Shown: piece by piece, positions 62,493 to 64,000 of the stretch | How positions within the stretch are numbered: the first letter of the stretch is position 1 | Layout of the letters: each line of letters begins with the position of its first letter | Assembly (NCBI GenBank): GCA_040753215.1 | Contig: JBFMEZ010000025.1 | Location: 1-64,000, forward strand | Origin: Candidatus Micrarchaeota archaeon | GTDB lineage: Archaea > Micrarchaeota > Micrarchaeia > Anstonellales > Bilamarchaeaceae | Length of the DNA stretch: 64,000 bases | Direction: 5' to 3' | Program-made: the position numbers and the translations under genes | The notes under the pieces: generated by a model | What the model was told of the DNA's origin: nothing | Databases searched by the model: none | What the model saw: the letters and a program-made list of their open reading frames with translations, nothing else

Positions 62493-63262
62493 AGGCGAAC
62501 GCGCTCGTGCTGGACGGGTACGGGATAAACTGCCCGCATGAGACCGCATACGCGGTGAGGGCTTCCGGCGGCGCTGCGGAGATACGGCACGTGGGCGAGC
62601 TCGCCGGGAACCCCGGCATGCTGGGCGCCTACAACATGGTTGTTTTTCCGGGCGGGTTCTCGTTCGGAGACGACATAGCTTCGGCAAGGGTGCTGGCGAA
62701 CAGGCTGAAATACCGGGCAAAGGATGAGCTGCGGGGATTCGTTTCAGACGGCAAGCTCGTGCTCGGGATATGCAACGGGTTCCAGGCGCTGGTTAAGATG
62801 GGGCTGCTGCCGAAGCCGGATTTCGTGCAGAGGGTTACGCTGACCTACAACGCTTCCGGGAAATTCGAGGACAGGTGGGTCAGGCTCAGGATGAACCAGA
62901 AGAGCCCGTGCGTATTCACAAAAGGCATCGAATACCTCGACCTGCCGGTCAGGCACGGGGAGGGCAGGTTCATACCCGAAAGCAGGGAGGCGCTGGAAGA
63001 GATTGCGGCCGGCAACATGCTGGCGTGCCAGTACGTGGACTTCCGCGGCGAGCTGGCGGGATATCCGTACAACCCGAACGGCTCGGTTGCGAACACCGCG
63101 GGCATATGCGACCCCAGCGGCAGGATATTCGGGTTGATGCCGCACCCCGAAGCGTTCAACCACTTCACGAACCACCCGGGATGGACAAGGGGCATTGCGA
63201 GACAGGGCGAGGGGCTGAAGATTTTCAGGAACGCGGTGGAGTACATAGAATCCAATTTATAG
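62486..63262 (+). CDS. purQ: FGAM synthase glutaminase subunit
   Basis: PGGFSFGD, LGICNGFQ, HGEG, GLMPHPE. Confidence 0.95.
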   Translation: MVKANALVLDGYGINCPHETAYAVRASGGAAEIRHVGELAGNPGMLGAYNMVVFPGGFSFGDDIASARVLANRLKYRAKDELRGFVSDGKLVLGICNGFQALVKMGLLPKPDFVQRVTLTYNASGKFEDRWVRLRMNQKSPCVFTKGIEYLDLPVRHGEGRFIPESREALEEIAAGNMLACQYVDFRGELAGYPYNPNGSVANTAGICDPSGRIFGLMPHPEAFNHFTNHPGWTRGIARQGEGLKIFRNAVEYIESNL

Positions 63263-63270
63263 GTGACTTA

Positions 63271-63750
63271 TTGAGGAGGCTCAAGACCTTCAGGGTTTCC
63301 GGGAAGAACTCCCTCAACCATTGGACGAGATTCAGGAATCCTTTGATGGTAGCGTATAATTTCCTGCTGGTGGAGGCATCGAGGTACGCGCCCTCCCTGG
63401 CGCTGAAGCGCTTCCTGCTGCGCATGACCGGGATGAAGGTTGGCAGGGACGCGGCCGTCGGCCTGATGGCCATGTTTGACATATTCTATCCGGAGTTCAT
63501 AGAGCTCGGCGACAACTGCATAATAGGATACAACGCGACAATCCTGGCGCACGAGTTCCTGAGGGACGAGCTGCGCACCGGGAAGACCGCAATCGGGAGG
63601 GGCGCGATGGTCGGCGCGAATGCGACCGTGCTCGCTGGCGTAAATGTCGGGGAAGGGGCGGCGGTTTCGGCGATGACGCTGGTTGACCGGGACGTGCCCG
63701 CCGGCTCGTTCGCAAAAGGAAACCCGATGAGGATAACCGGGCGCGGATGA
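63271..63750 (+). CDS. hexapeptide-repeat acyltransferase
   Basis: LGDNCIIGYNATILAH, IGRGAMVGANATVLAGV; AGGTGA RBS before TTG. Confidence 0.85.
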   Translation: MRRLKTFRVSGKNSLNHWTRFRNPLMVAYNFLLVEASRYAPSLALKRFLLRMTGMKVGRDAAVGLMAMFDIFYPEFIELGDNCIIGYNATILAHEFLRDELRTGKTAIGRGAMVGANATVLAGVNVGEGAAVSAMTLVDRDVPAGSFAKGNPMRITGRG

Positions 63751-63797
63751 ATAATCTTTTATAATTAGGCATACCTGTTGAAACAGCTGGTGATGGG

Positions 63798-64000
63798 ATG
63801 AAGGTAGAATTCCTGAGAAAGGACTTTGGTGTGGTTTCTGCCGACGCCCTTGCGGTGCCTTGCTTCAGGGGGAGGATCCCGAAATGGGTGCACGAGGAGA
63901 TGGAACGCGCGGGCGTGGCAGGGGATTTCAGCGGGGAAAAGGGGAAGACTTATGCGATTCCGGCAAAGGGAAAGCCGTACAGGCGGCTCATCCTTGTCGG
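63798..64000 (+). CDS. pepA: leucyl aminopeptidase (M17) N-terminus, partial
   Basis: ADALAVPCF...GDFSGEKGKT...RRLILVG. Confidence 0.65.
   Translation, partial: MKVEFLRKDFGVVSADALAVPCFRGRIPKWVHEEMERAGVAGDFSGEKGKTYAIPAKGKPYRRLILV

Overview
This is a GC-rich archaeal chromosome segment. Evidence: PCNA, a thermosome subunit, CTP-dependent riboflavin kinase, BHB-type tRNA introns, a C/D-box sRNA and class III prepilins. The gene set suggests a DPANN archaeon, probably Micrarchaeota-like (inference). It carries housekeeping genes (gap, uppS, trxB, pyrD/pyrK, purD/purL/purQ), two Tad/type-IV-pilus loci with eight prepilins, a KaiC/V4R/MASE3 signalling cluster, an MNT-HEPN pair, a 2758-aa HEAT-like protein and an intein-bearing VirB4/HerA-like ATPase cluster. 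The main unexplained signal is a dispersed family of 7-bp-period repeat elements (GGAAACY units, often as a ~70-nt inverted GTTTCC-arm/GGAAAC-arm hairpin) at more than 20 sites. A second GTC/GAC-type family surrounds an Avd-like four-helix-bundle gene. These elements sit in the signal peptides of all eight prepilins, at stop/start junctions where they form coupling mini-ORFs, and around a tRNA. One 70-nt copy interrupts the catalytic DGNRRW motif of uppS with a stop and a frameshift. Its ends form a bulge-helix-bulge-like junction whose cleavage would restore the gene exactly, so it is a candidate repeat-derived archaeal mRNA intron. All assignments come from reading the sequence only; no searches were run.
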